64,000 nucleotides of DNA from an uncultured delta proteobacterium (GCA_963778655.1 CAVZVA010000010.1:576001-640000); one strand, 5' to 3'. Numbered from the stretch's first letter, positions 17,021 through 27,411 are shown. A program made the numbers and translations. The notes: generated from the letters alone by a model not told the origin.

Positions 17021-17558
17021 TTATTCGTCTCGAAGCCAGGACGGAGGAGGAACGAGACGTAGTCCGGGCTGCATTCGTTGCTCAAGGACGCGGATGAAGT
17101 CTCTGTAGCCGGAGGCAAACGCAAGGATGCCCAGCTGCGTGCCATCGTGCAGCGTTAGGATCGCGCTAGCTTCGAGACCCGAGAGTCCACTCCAGTCGAG
17201 CGTGGTGTCGCAGACCGTGGCTGCTGCGACTCCGGACCAGGAGACGTGCGCAACGTCGGTGCCCACGGCGAGTTGGAAGCCGTCCTGCGTGGGGATGACG
17301 CTCCATGAGGAACTCGGGCCCAGAACGAACCCAGCGCGAACTAGCCCGAAGTGAGGCCAAGCGAGCGCGACCGCGAAGAAGGATCCCGGAAGTGCAAAGG
17401 AAGAGGTACCAGAGCGACCTCGGAAAGAGCACAACGGCAAACGCCAGTATCGCGGCGACTACGCTCCAGTGAAGGAGCCACGTTCGTCGGCGTAGCCCGC
17501 GCCACGCGGATACGACTCTGCTGCGTTCGCGATCGTGCATCTGGCGCAGGGAAGACAC
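17021..17558 (-). pseudogene. Probable frameshifted membrane protein cassette
   Basis: TM segment in the 17166-17558 frame continues plausibly into the 17021 frame near 17385. Confidence 0.4.
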
Positions 17559-17633
17559 CTAACAGACCAGGAGCGTCGAGTATACGCTCTCCTCGCGGCG
17601 CTACCGGCCTTCGCGCTAAGTGCGCTTGCATCC

Positions 17634-17804
17634 GCCTAACGGGATTGGGCTTCAGCTGCGAAGACCCGCCCGAGGTTAGCGGGTCGCGCGGCCGCGGGCC
17701 CGCGACTCCGCTTGCAGCTTACCACAACCGTCGCGGGCCCGCGTGCGGTGACGCTTCTGCCGGGCAGTAGGCGGGTCTTCGTCAGCTGCAAGCCCTAGTT
17801 GGGC
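17634..17804 (-). repeat. attC site 13 (first cassette)
   Basis: GCCTAAC...GTTGGGC. Confidence 0.9.
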
Positions 17805-17814
17805 GGCACTACGC

Positions 17815-18609
17815 CTAAGTAAGCTCCAAGAGATCGTACATGATCGTGTCGACGTAGCGTCGAATCTGCTCTACTTCACGCTTGCTTTCATGTACGTGCG
17901 CGGCGACGGACGCCCGGTTGTAGATAGCTCGAGTAATCTCCCCGCTCAGCTCTTCCACAAGTGAGGCGCTCTTCTCTGTTGACTCCCGCTGGGTCTTGTT
18001 CTTGCCGCGCGATGTGAGAACGAATTTCACCTTCTGTTTCATGGTGGGTTTCGTTTGAGCTTGCTCGAGCTTGAAGCCAGGTTGCGCGGCCACCTTGTCG
18101 TCGGGAGCCAGGTGGTCGAGCACCTCGCGGAGCGCTTCTCGGAACTCCGCCGCGGTTCCACGGTAAGAAAGCCTGCTCTGCGACCGTAAGTCTAGGAGAC
18201 CCTGCCGGTAGGAGATCGCGGCGCTCGGGACGAGACGCTCCAGCGTGTCGATGAGCATCTTTTCGGTCGCGGTCAAGGGAGGCGTGTCTGCCGGATTCGT
18301 GTGCGCAACCAGGGTGGCTACATTGAACGCCGCGAGTTCTCGGCGCAGACCCTTGACCGTCTTCACATACGTTCGTCGAGCGTTGTTTCCGTGCGCAAGC
18401 CGGATGAGATGCTGCCACTTCTCGTCGTGCGCGGCGATGACAGTGGGGTCCCCAGCACTGTTCACGATGCTCGGTCGAAGCTCGGCAAAATATGTCTTTG
18501 CGAGTGTGATCGCGACTTGTTTCGAATCCTGGTCATTGACGTTGACCGAGGTTCCGCGCCGCAGCTGGGCGGCTAACCCGTCCAGCCGCGTCAGCATATC
18601 CTGGATCAT
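17815..18609 (-). CDS. Predicted pPIWI-associating nuclease-like (HEPN-like) protein
   Basis: REALREVLDHLAPD...PTMKQKV and C-terminal RASVAAH (Rx5H); family from recall. Confidence 0.6.
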   Translation of the reverse strand: MIQDMLTRLDGLAAQLRRGTSVNVNDQDSKQVAITLAKTYFAELRPSIVNSAGDPTVIAAHDEKWQHLIRLAHGNNARRTYVKTVKGLRRELAAFNVATLVAHTNPADTPPLTATEKMLIDTLERLVPSAAISYRQGLLDLRSQSRLSYRGTAAEFREALREVLDHLAPDDKVAAQPGFKLEQAQTKPTMKQKVKFVLTSRGKNKTQRESTEKSASLVEELSGEITRAIYNRASVAAHVHESKREVEQIRRYVDTIMYDLLELT

Positions 18610-19196
18610 TTGCGAGTCCGGCGGGCCTGAGACCGAGGCTTGCGAGCGCGAGTCTTTGGCGCTGCTTTATCGCCGCGCGGCAAACTATGAGCGACGAGAT
18701 TGTGCCCCACTGCGTTGAGTTGATATGCGCCCGCGCCTGCCGAGTCCAGGTAACCAGCGTTTCTCGCGTTCGTCAGGGTGAATTTCGCCTGCGCAGGCAG
18801 TGGGAAGCCAGCGATCTGAAACTGGTCCTCGATGTCCTTCGCGTTGATCGATTTCTTCTTCTCTGGTGAGATGTGCGCGAGGTAGTAGGCCACAACTGCG
18901 GCCATTTCGTTGGCGGAATGAGGTTGCTTTTGTTCCTTGAACTGCCGGATGTGAATCGGGCCGCCAGCCGGCTGCTCGCGCTCGGCGCGCGGGGCGGTCT
19001 GGAGCGCTTCGTTGGCCGGTGCATCGACCCCTGCAACGCTCGCCGATGGATTCACTATGCCGAGTCGTTTTAGGACGTACTCCAGCACATTGTTACGCAC
19101 GGCAGGGCTGAGCGGCGCGAGCGCCGAGAGAATGGCCTTTATCGCGTCGATCTCGTTTTCGACATCGAGGTTCTCAGGATCATTTTGCTGGGGCAT
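18606..19196 (-). CDS. Hypothetical protein with probable winged-helix C-terminus
   Basis: AVVAYYL...TLTNARNAGYLD...YQLNAVG; ATGA coupling to the nuclease gene. Confidence 0.7.
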   Translation of the reverse strand: MPQQNDPENLDVENEIDAIKAILSALAPLSPAVRNNVLEYVLKRLGIVNPSASVAGVDAPANEALQTAPRAEREQPAGGPIHIRQFKEQKQPHSANEMAAVVAYYLAHISPEKKKSINAKDIEDQFQIAGFPLPAQAKFTLTNARNAGYLDSAGAGAYQLNAVGHNLVAHSLPRGDKAAPKTRARKPRSQARRTRK

Positions 19197-19454
19197 GGGC
19201 TGGTCTCATTCCGGTTCGGCGCGGCAGATGGACGCGCTGGTCATTCGCCGATCACGCTACATGTCATGGTGCGTCCGTCAATAACGTGCGTCGTCTGTGG
19301 GAGCGTGACCGGCCTGGCGCTCCTTGGGTGGTTTGACCGAAACTGCTTGGATCTAATGGCGATCTCAGGCGGCGCCATGATGTGGAGCGGCGGTCCTGTG
19401 ATACTCCGAATTGCGTGATAGGAGCGCGATCGGGCGATCGTCTCTTTCCTGTCC

Positions 19455-19500
19455 GCCCAACTATAGGTAGCCTGTCGGGGGCGGACTGGCTAGATCGGTT
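19455..19500 (-). other. attI site (core GTTGGGC at 19461-19455)
   Basis: Core GTTGGGCGG complements the R'' CCGCCCAAC of attC13; no attC arm upstream. Confidence 0.7.
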
Positions 19501-19511
19501 GGGGGCGGGGG

Positions 19512-20361
19512 TTATTTGTTGGGATGTCGCGGGGTTGGGGGGTGATCTTGTTGGGGTGTTAGGCTGTCGAGGTTGGACAGCCTAGATCCTGGAGGGAAAC
19601 GGGGCGAGGGGAGCCGGAGGGTGTCGAGAGGGCTCTGGACGCCCAAGGGGCCTCGGTTGAGGACGTGGGTGTAGATCATCGTGGTACTGACATCCTTGTG
19701 GCCCAGGAGCTCCTGGATGGTGCGTATGTCGTAGCCCTGCTCAAGCAGGTGGGTGGCGAAGGAATGCCGGAGGGTGTGACAACTCGCAGGCTTGGAGAGC
19801 TTCGCCGCGCGGGCGGCGCGCTTTACCGCGCGCTGCAACGCCGTTTCGTGAAAGTGGTGGCGATATCGCAGACCGTCGGCGGGATCGACATATGTCCGGG
19901 TGGCGGGGAACACCCATTGCCACGGCCACTCGCGTGCGGCGTTCGGATACTTCCGCTTGAGCGCGTCTGGAAGCCTGACGTAGCCACGCTTGTGCTCGGG
20001 CAAGCGCTCCATCTCCGCTCGAAACCGCTCCACGTGCTGGCGGAGCGGCGCGATCAAACCGGCTGGAAGCATCGTGATCCGATCCTTGCGACCCTTGCCG
20101 TCGCGAACGACCACTTCGCCTCGGTCGAGGGCGAGGTCCTTGATCCGAAGCCGGCAGCATTCGAGCAAGCGCAGCCCCGACCCGTACAGCAGCCCTGCCA
20201 TCAGCTGTGGCGTGTCCTGGAGCTGACCGAGCAACGCAGCGACTTCGGCTCGCGACAGCACTACGGGCAAGCGCTCGGGCCGCTTGGCCTTGACCAGGCC
20301 GTCGAGCCACTCGAAGGGCAGCTCGAGCACGCGCCGGTACAGGAAGATCAACGCACTGAGA
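19512..20361 (-). pseudogene. intI: Integron integrase lacking its N-terminal domain
   Basis: [25 protein letters not shown] plus the IntI patch [12 protein letters not shown]...WQWVFP; homology begins abruptly at LSALIFLY. Confidence 0.88.
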
Positions 20362-20463
20362 GTTTCCTCCCCCGGTACGACGTTCTCACGCAAGCGCCGG
20401 TCTGCGTGGCGGAAGGTCGCAAGAACGGCTGCGGCCGCACGAGCGCCGTGGTAGACGCCTCGG

Positions 20464-21282
20464 GTGGCCGGGTCCAATAGAGGCACGCGCGGCGACTCGG
20501 ACGAAGCCGTCGCGGCCGGCGACTCCATCGTGTTCGACCGCGCCGCCGGCTACTACGACCGGACGCGCGGGTATCCGGCAGGCGTGGGCGAGCAGGTGGC
20601 GGAGCTGCTTTGCCGCGCGGGCGGGCTCGGGCCCGGCAGCCGGGTGCTCGAGGTAGGCGTGGGCACGGGGCGGATTGCGCTTCCGCTCGCTGCGCGTGTG
20701 GGGTGCGTGGCTGGCGTCGACCGCTCGCGGCCGATGCTGGGGCGGCTGCAGGCGAAGCAATGCGGCGAGCCCGCGTTGCCCGTGATCGCCGATGCGCTGC
20801 AGCTGCCGTTCGCAAACGCTTGCTTCGATGCCGTGGTCGCCGTGCACGTGTTTCATCTGCTGCCCGGCTGGCGGCAGGCCCTGCGGGAAATCAGCCGCGT
20901 GCTCGTAGCCGGCGGACGCCTGCTCGAAGCCGAAGACAGCCAGCTCTTGCCCGAGCTGTGGACCGAGGCGAGCGCGAGCGCGAGCGCGCCCACGCCGCAG
21001 AACGTGGGCGTGGCGCGCGGCGTGCTCGACTTTCCGCTGCGGGCAGGGTTCGTCAGGGTCGCGGAAACGCTCACGCTGCGCTACCCCGTGCGACTCGAGC
21101 TGTCGACCTTCCTGCGCGAGATCGAGCAACGCGTGTGGTCTGCGACCTGGCGCCTGAGCGACGCGGACCACGCGCGCCTGCTCGACGCCATGCGCGCCGC
21201 GGTCGGCGCGCGCTACGGCAGCCTCGATGCGGTGCTCGAGCTCGAGCGCGAGCTCTCGGTGCGGGTGTATGCGCCGAGCTGA
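20464..21282 (+). CDS. Class I SAM-dependent methyltransferase
   Basis: [18 protein letters not shown]...FDAV. Confidence 0.9.
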   Translation: MAGSNRGTRGDSDEAVAAGDSIVFDRAAGYYDRTRGYPAGVGEQVAELLCRAGGLGPGSRVLEVGVGTGRIALPLAARVGCVAGVDRSRPMLGRLQAKQCGEPALPVIADALQLPFANACFDAVVAVHVFHLLPGWRQALREISRVLVAGGRLLEAEDSQLLPELWTEASASASAPTPQNVGVARGVLDFPLRAGFVRVAETLTLRYPVRLELSTFLREIEQRVWSATWRLSDADHARLLDAMRAAVGARYGSLDAVLELERELSVRVYAPS

Positions 21283-21506
21283 GCAGCGCCAGCGCAGCCA
21301 GCGGTCGCCGCTGGCTTTGGCCCTCGCCCGCGCGCCGCGCGCGCCCGGTGATGGCTCGGCGGCGGGCGCCGCCAGCCGCACGCCGCATTCGCGCACGAGC
21401 CCCAACCGATTGACGGCCCCTGGGCTTTGCGCGAGACCCTCAGAGGCTCGCGCCTCCGCCACCTGATAAAGGCGCCGGCCACGCGAGCCGCCGACCCGAG
21501 GAAGCC

Positions 21507-22406
21507 ATGCCCACCCTTCATCACTTGAAGACCCTGGCCAACGAGCCGCTGCTGCACGTGGCGGGCGGCCCGATCACGCTGTTCTCGCTGCTCACCGGAG
21601 TGCTGATCATCGTCGTCTCCTACGTGGTGGCGACGTTCGCCGGCCGAGGGGTGACGCGCCTGCTCGCGCAACGCGAGGTGGCGCACGGGGCGCGCTTCGC
21701 GCTGGCGAAGATCACCCGGTACTTCATTCTGTTGCTCGGCACGCTGATCTCGCTGATGTCGCTCGGCATCCGGCTCGACGCGTTGCTGGCGGCCTCGACC
21801 GTGGTGCTGGTCGGCATCGGCTTCGGGCTGCAGAACATCGCGCAGAACTTCATCTCGGGCCTGATCCTGTTGGTCGAGCGCCCTGTCGCGCGTGGCGACT
21901 TCGTGCGGATCGGTGACGCGCTGGGCTCGGTGACCGACGTGGGCATGCGCGCGACGCACGTGGTCACCCGCGATGAGGTCACCATCATCGTGCCCAACAG
22001 CGAGCTCATCTCCGGGCAGGTGGTCAACCACTCGGTGCCCACCACCAACCTCCGCATCGCGGTGCACGTGGGCGTGGCCTACGGCACGGACACGGCGCTG
22101 GTGCGCGACACCTTGCTGGCGGTCGCGCGCGCGGACTCCGCCCTGCTCCAGAGCCCCGACCCCGAGGTGCGCTTCGACGACTTTGGCGACTCGAGCCTCG
22201 ACTTCACGCTGCTGGCGTGGATCGCCAACCCGCGCGAGGATCTGCGGAGCGCGTCACGCTTGCGTTTCGCGATCGACGCGGCGTTCCGCACCGCCGATAT
22301 CCAGATCCCCTTCCCGCAGCGCGATGTTCACGTGCGCACGCTGCCCGAGGACGCCCCTGCTGTGCCCCTCGTGGTCGGCCAGCGCTCGAAGAGCCGCTCG
22401 GCCTGA
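21507..22406 (+). CDS. mscS: Small-conductance mechanosensitive channel
   Basis: GIGFGLQNIAQNFISG, IIVPNS, VAYG, IPFPQRDVH. Confidence 0.92.
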   Translation: MPTLHHLKTLANEPLLHVAGGPITLFSLLTGVLIIVVSYVVATFAGRGVTRLLAQREVAHGARFALAKITRYFILLLGTLISLMSLGIRLDALLAASTVVLVGIGFGLQNIAQNFISGLILLVERPVARGDFVRIGDALGSVTDVGMRATHVVTRDEVTIIVPNSELISGQVVNHSVPTTNLRIAVHVGVAYGTDTALVRDTLLAVARADSALLQSPDPEVRFDDFGDSSLDFTLLAWIANPREDLRSASRLRFAIDAAFRTADIQIPFPQRDVHVRTLPEDAPAVPLVVGQRSKSRSA

Positions 22407-22507
22407 CGCCGCGCGTTCTGCGCGCCCGCGGCGGCCTTGACCCGCGGCCCTCCCCGGCCCATGCAAAGCGGTCGCGGCCGCCACGCCTGCGCGGCCCATG
22501 GAGGACC

Positions 22508-23020
22508 ATGTCTGAGATCTATCCGTTCATCGTGCAGTACACCAAGATGCTCAAGAATCTGGAGCGCTGGCTGGACAAGGGCGTGGCGCACGCCAAGGCC
22601 AAGGGCTACGACCCGGCGGTGCTGTTGCAGTCGCGGCTGGCGCCCGACATGTTCCCGCTGATCCACCAGATCCAGTCGGCGTGCGACGGGCCCAAGCTGC
22701 TGGCCGCGCGCCTGGCGGGCCGCGAGCCGCCCAAGCACCCCGACACCGAGGAGACGCTCGAGCAGATCCGCGCGCGCATCAAGACCGTGCTGCAGTATCT
22801 GGGCACGTTCAGCGCCAAGGACTTCGAAGGCGCGGACAAGCGCATGGTCCCGCTCGGCTTCATGCCCGGCAAGGGCATGACCGCGAGCGACTTCCTGCTG
22901 GAGATGAGTCTGCCCAACACGTATTTCCACATCGTCACGGCCTACGCGATCCTGCGCCACAACGGGGTGGAGCTGGGCAAGACCGACTACATCGGCTCGC
23001 TCAACCTGCGCGACCTGTAG
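22508..23020 (+). CDS. DUF1993-family protein
   Basis: RLAPDMFPL, PNTYFH, ILRHNGVELGKTDY. Confidence 0.9.
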   Translation: MSEIYPFIVQYTKMLKNLERWLDKGVAHAKAKGYDPAVLLQSRLAPDMFPLIHQIQSACDGPKLLAARLAGREPPKHPDTEETLEQIRARIKTVLQYLGTFSAKDFEGADKRMVPLGFMPGKGMTASDFLLEMSLPNTYFHIVTAYAILRHNGVELGKTDYIGSLNLRDL

Positions 23021-23098
23021 CTCGGACCGGCGTGCCGGGCGCCGCAGGCCGCGGGCCACGGTTGCCTGCGCACGCCCAGCCGTCGCATAGTGGCGGCC

Positions 23099-23710
23099 AT
23101 GAGCTCATCGTTTCGCACGCTGCGCGCGTTGCTGCCGTTTTTGCTCGCGTCGGTCTGGCTGCCGGGGGCGCTTGCGCTGCACGGCTGCGGCTACAACGAG
23201 GTGATCGAGCGCGACGAGGACGTGAAGGCGGCCTGGGCCGAGGTGCAGAACCAGTACAAGCGCCGCGCCGATCTGGTACCGAACCTGGTCAAGGTGGTTC
23301 AGGGGTCCGCCAACTTCGAGCGCGACACGCTCAAGCAGGTGGTGCAGGCGCGGGCCAGCGTGGCCGGCGTCAAGGTGGACGCCTCGACCATCGACGACCC
23401 CAAGAAGCTGGCGGCGTTCGAGGCGGCACAGGCCAAGCTCAGCTCCGCGCTCTCGCGCCTGCTGGTGGTCTCGGAAAACTACCCCGACCTGAAGGCGAGC
23501 GCGTCCTTCCGCGACTTGCAGGCGCAGCTCGAAGGCACCGAGAACCGCATCGCGGTGGCGCGGCGCCGCTACATCGAGTCGGTGGCCGAATACAACAAGG
23601 TGGTGCTGCGCTTCCCCTCCAGCATCGGCGCCTCGATGCGCGGCAAGCGCGAGCGACCCACCTTCACCGGCTCGGCGGCTGACGAAAAGCCGCCCGAGAT
23701 CAAGCTGTAA
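23099..23710 (+). CDS. lemA: LemA family protein
   Basis: CGYN, RRADLVPNLV, YPDLKA, EGTENRI. Confidence 0.93.
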   Translation: MSSSFRTLRALLPFLLASVWLPGALALHGCGYNEVIERDEDVKAAWAEVQNQYKRRADLVPNLVKVVQGSANFERDTLKQVVQARASVAGVKVDASTIDDPKKLAAFEAAQAKLSSALSRLLVVSENYPDLKASASFRDLQAQLEGTENRIAVARRRYIESVAEYNKVVLRFPSSIGASMRGKRERPTFTGSAADEKPPEIKL

Positions 23711-24520
23711 ATGGTGACCGCGCTGCGGCGGCCGTTGCGCGCGCGTGCGCCGGGGCTCGGCCTGCTGCTGGGGGTGGCCCTGGCGCTCGGGCTGACGCAT
23801 GCCGCGCGCGCCAGCGACGTACCGGCGCTGCACGGCCACGTCAACGACTACGCGCACGTGCTGGCAGCGGACCGCGCGGCCTCGCTCGAGACGCGCCTCA
23901 GCGACTACGAGCAGCAGACCGGACACCAGCTCGCGCTGCTGACCGTGCAGAGCCTGCGGGGCGAAAGCATCGAGGGCTTCAGCATGGCCGTGGCCGAGCA
24001 CTGGAAGCTCGGCCACAAAGGCAAGGACGACGGTCTGATCCTGCTGGTGGTGCCGGCCGAGCACAAGATGCGCATCGAGGTCGGCTACGGGCTCGAGGGC
24101 GTGATCCCGGACGCGGTGGCTGCACGCGTGATCCGCGAGCAGCTCGCGCCCGCGTTTCGCCGCGGCGACTTCGCCGGCGGCATCGACGCAGCGTTCGGCG
24201 TGTTGATGCACGCCGCGAGCGGCGAAGGCCTCCCGGCCGGCACGCCTGCGCACAAGCCGAGGCTGCACACGCCCGGCGCCGGCACCGCGCTTTCGCTGCT
24301 GCTGCCGCTGTTCTTCCCTCTGGTGATCTTCGTGCTGCTGGCCCTGCTCTCGCGCGGCGGCGGCAGAAAGCGGCGGCGCCTGGGCGGTGGCTATTTTATC
24401 GGGCCGAGCTGGGGCGGCGGTTTGGGCGGCGGCGGCGGGTTCAGTGGCGGGGGCGGCGGCGGCGGCTTCGGCGGCGGCGGGGGCGGCTTCGGCGGCGGCG
24501 GCGCGTCGGGAGGCTGGTGA
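23711..24520 (+). CDS. TPM-domain protein (YgcG-like)
   Basis: RIEVGYGLEG and Gly-rich GGGGASGGW tail. Confidence 0.92.
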   Translation: MVTALRRPLRARAPGLGLLLGVALALGLTHAARASDVPALHGHVNDYAHVLAADRAASLETRLSDYEQQTGHQLALLTVQSLRGESIEGFSMAVAEHWKLGHKGKDDGLILLVVPAEHKMRIEVGYGLEGVIPDAVAARVIREQLAPAFRRGDFAGGIDAAFGVLMHAASGEGLPAGTPAHKPRLHTPGAGTALSLLLPLFFPLVIFVLLALLSRGGGRKRRRLGGGYFIGPSWGGGLGGGGGFSGGGGGGGFGGGGGGFGGGGASGGW

Positions 24521-24524
24521 GGCG

Positions 24525-25148
24525 ATGGCGCTCTTCGACGCTGCGGCCCGGGCCCGCATCGAGGCCACCATCGCCGAGACCGAGCGCGGCACCGCGGGCG
24601 AGATCGTGGTGCTGGCGGTGCCGGCGAGCGACGACTACCACGACCTGCGCCTGCTCTACGCCGGCGCGCTGGCGCTGGCCGCGGCGGCGGTCGCGCACCT
24701 GCTTTCGCCAGCGCTCGGCGTCAGCACTTTGCTGTGGCTGCAAATCGCGGTTGCCGTGCTCGCCTTCTTCGCGCTCGGGCTGCGGCCGCTGCTGCGCGCG
24801 ATCGTGCCGGGCCCGCGCGCGCTGCACGCGGTGGAGCGCCGCGCGCACGAGGAGTTCCTGATTCGCGAAATCTTCGCCACCCGCGATCGCACCGGCGTGC
24901 TGCTGCTGCTCTCGGAGCTGGAGCAGAAGGTGGTGATCCTGGGTGACGCCGGCATCCACGCGCGCGTACAGAGCGCCGGCTGGCAGCAGCACGTGAGCCA
25001 CATCGTCAGCGCGATCCGCGCCGGCCGCCCTGCGGACGGGGTGTGCGAGGTGATCGAGGCGCTGGGCGCGACCTTCGCCGTCGCGCTCCCGCCCCGCCCC
25101 GACGACCGGAACGAGCTGCCCAACACGGTGGAGGAAGAGCCGCGCTGA
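24525..25148 (+). CDS. TPM-domain membrane protein
   Basis: TAGEIVV, TRDRTGVLL, NELPN. Confidence 0.88.
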   Translation: MALFDAAARARIEATIAETERGTAGEIVVLAVPASDDYHDLRLLYAGALALAAAAVAHLLSPALGVSTLLWLQIAVAVLAFFALGLRPLLRAIVPGPRALHAVERRAHEEFLIREIFATRDRTGVLLLLSELEQKVVILGDAGIHARVQSAGWQQHVSHIVSAIRAGRPADGVCEVIEALGATFAVALPPRPDDRNELPNTVEEEPR

Positions 25149-25377
25149 ATCAGAGCTCGCGATTCGGGATCGAATCACAGTCGCCGTTTTCGAATCGTAG
25201 TCGGTCACTGGGACCGGCAGCGCCCGTCCCGCGCACGCTGGGTGCAGATCCACAGCAACACGGGAGGACGGCAAGACCAGCTCGATCTCTGCGCTTCCCG
25301 CCTTGGGGCCTGCCTGTTGCGTCTCCGCAGAAGGCCGGCTCTGGGCACACGCTCGCGAGCAAGCCTTGCTGCGCGCG

Positions 25378-26253
25378 CTACTTCTCGACCAGCTTGCCGT
25401 ACAGCTCGGGCCGGCGGTCGCGCAGCAGCCCCATCCAGTCGCGCTCCTGCCGCCACGCCTGCAAGTCGAGCCGCGCCAGCGCCACGCCTTCTTGCTCGCG
25501 GTCGAGCTCGGCCACGATCTCGCCGCGCCCGTCGGCGATGAAGCTGCTGCCGTAGAAGCGCTGCCCGCCCTCGACGCCGACGCGGTTGCTGGCCGCGAGC
25601 GGCAGCGTGTTCGCGACCGCATGGCCCAGCATCACGCGCCGCCAGGCGGGCTGGGTGTCGACCTCGGGCCGCAGCGGCTCGCTGCCGATCGCACTGGGAT
25701 ACAGCAGCAGGTCGGCGCCCAGCAGCGCCAGCGCGCGCGCGCACTCGGGAAACCACTGGTCCCAGCAGATGCCCACCCCGATCCGCCCATAGCGCGTGGC
25801 GAACACGCGAAAGCCGGTGTCGCCGGGCGCGAAGAAATGCTTCTCCTCGTAGCCGGCGCCGTCCGGGATGTGGCTCTTGCGGTAGCGCCCGAGCTCGCGG
25901 CCGTCGGCGTCGAGCACCAGCACGCTGTTGTAGCAGCGCTGGCCCGCCCGCTCGAAGTAGCTCACCGGAATCACCAGCTCGTGCACGCGCGCGAGCAGGC
26001 GCATCGCCTCGACCACGCGGCTGCGCTCGGCCGGCTCGGCCAGCGCGAACGCCGCGTCATCGGTCACGCGCGGGAAGTAGCGCGAGGCGAACAGCTCCGG
26101 CAGCAGCACGACCTGCGCGCCGCGCGCCGCGGCCTCGGCCACCTGCTCGCCGGCACGGCCGAGGTTTCGATCGACGTCGTCGCCGAGCGCCAGCTGCACC
26201 ACCGCCACGCAGACCGCCTCGCTCGCGCCGGCGCTGGCGCCGCCGCCGCTCAT
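25378..26253 (-). CDS. aguB: N-carbamoylputrescine amidase
   Basis: LPELF, YRKSHIPD, GICWDQWFPE. Confidence 0.9.
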   Translation of the reverse strand: MSGGGASAGASEAVCVAVVQLALGDDVDRNLGRAGEQVAEAAARGAQVVLLPELFASRYFPRVTDDAAFALAEPAERSRVVEAMRLLARVHELVIPVSYFERAGQRCYNSVLVLDADGRELGRYRKSHIPDGAGYEEKHFFAPGDTGFRVFATRYGRIGVGICWDQWFPECARALALLGADLLLYPSAIGSEPLRPEVDTQPAWRRVMLGHAVANTLPLAASNRVGVEGGQRFYGSSFIADGRGEIVAELDREQEGVALARLDLQAWRQERDWMGLLRDRRPELYGKLVEK

Positions 26254-27311
26254 CGCGCCGCCTGCTGCGCCAGCGGCTGCTGGCGCGTCATGCAGTGAAA
26301 TGTGCCGCCGCCGCCCTCGAGGATCGCGCGTGCGCTGCACAGCACGACGCGCCGTCCTGGAAACCCGCTGGCGATCGTCAGGCGCGCGACTTCATCCTGC
26401 GCGCTGCCGAACGCGGGCACGATCACCACGCGATTGCCGACGTAGAAGTTCATGTAGCTGGCAGGCTGCGGATCACCGGCCGCATCGAGCACGGGCCCGG
26501 GCGAGGGTACCGGCAACAAGCGCAAGCGACGTCCATCAGCCGCGCGCGCCTGCGCGAGCACCCGCGCGTTCTCGTGGAGCGTCTCGGCGTTCGGGTCGTC
26601 GGGACTGCTCGCCGTCGCGTACATCACCACGCCCGGCGCCACGAAGCGCGCCAGGTTGTCGATGTGCCCGTCGGTGTGGTCGCCGGCAAGCCCCGCGCGC
26701 AGCCACACCACGTGCTCGACCGCGAGCAACTCGCGCAGCAGCGCCTCGAGCGCGCGGCGCGTCAGCCCCGGCCCGCGGTTTTCGTTGAGCAGACAGCTCT
26801 CGGTCGTGAGGCACGTGCCGTGCCCGTCGAGCTCCAGCGCGCCGCCCTCGATCACCGCCTGCGCGGCGAAGCTCGGCAGCCCGAGCGCGTCGCACAGCCC
26901 CGCTGCGAGCTCCGCGTCGCCCGGATAGCGATACTTGCCGCCCCAGCCGTTGAACGCGAAGCGCACGCAGCCGAGGCCCTGCGGGCCGCGCACGAACAGC
27001 GGCGCGGTGTCGCGCAGCCACACGTCGCCGTAGGCCATGCGGTGATAGCGCACGCGCGCGCCCAGCCCCGCGAGCGCGGCGCGGGCCTCGGTCTCGGCGG
27101 CCTGGTCGGGCACCAGCAGCTGCAGCGGCTCGGCCTCGGCGTCGGCCAGCAGCGCGTGGCAAAACGCGGTGAACTCACGCTGCGCGTCGGCCAAGAACGC
27201 GCCCCACGCGTAGCCGTGCGCGGGCCAAGCGCTCCACACCGCCGCGTTGGGCTCCCACTCGGCCACCGGGCGGTAGCCGAGCGCGCGCGGGCTCGAAGCA
27301 AGCGGCTGCAT
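26250..27311 (-). CDS. aguA: Agmatine deiminase
   Basis: DVWLRD, EGG, TDGHID, GGTFHCMT. Confidence 0.92.
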   Translation of the reverse strand: MQPLASSPRALGYRPVAEWEPNAAVWSAWPAHGYAWGAFLADAQREFTAFCHALLADAEAEPLQLLVPDQAAETEARAALAGLGARVRYHRMAYGDVWLRDTAPLFVRGPQGLGCVRFAFNGWGGKYRYPGDAELAAGLCDALGLPSFAAQAVIEGGALELDGHGTCLTTESCLLNENRGPGLTRRALEALLRELLAVEHVVWLRAGLAGDHTDGHIDNLARFVAPGVVMYATASSPDDPNAETLHENARVLAQARAADGRRLRLLPVPSPGPVLDAAGDPQPASYMNFYVGNRVVIVPAFGSAQDEVARLTIASGFPGRRVVLCSARAILEGGGGTFHCMTRQQPLAQQAAR

Positions 27312-27411
27312 GGCGGCCCGATCTACCACGAAGCGCGAGCCCACGCCGGCTTGCCGTGGAGAATGCGCCCGGCCGCTGTTACGCTGCGTCCAGTCCACAG
27401 GGAGCTCCGCG

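Noticed and set aside
1385..17390. Single-base shifts (about 1390, 7230, 7345, 17385) as programmed frameshifts
   Set aside because: No slippery sites; decay or sequencing error is more likely.
20362..20528. N-terminal part of the 338-aa intI ORF
   Set aside because: No IntI similarity and it overlaps the divergent methyltransferase; likely read-through of upstream DNA.
24410..24515. GGC microsatellite
   Set aside because: It encodes the normal Gly-rich tail of TPM proteins.
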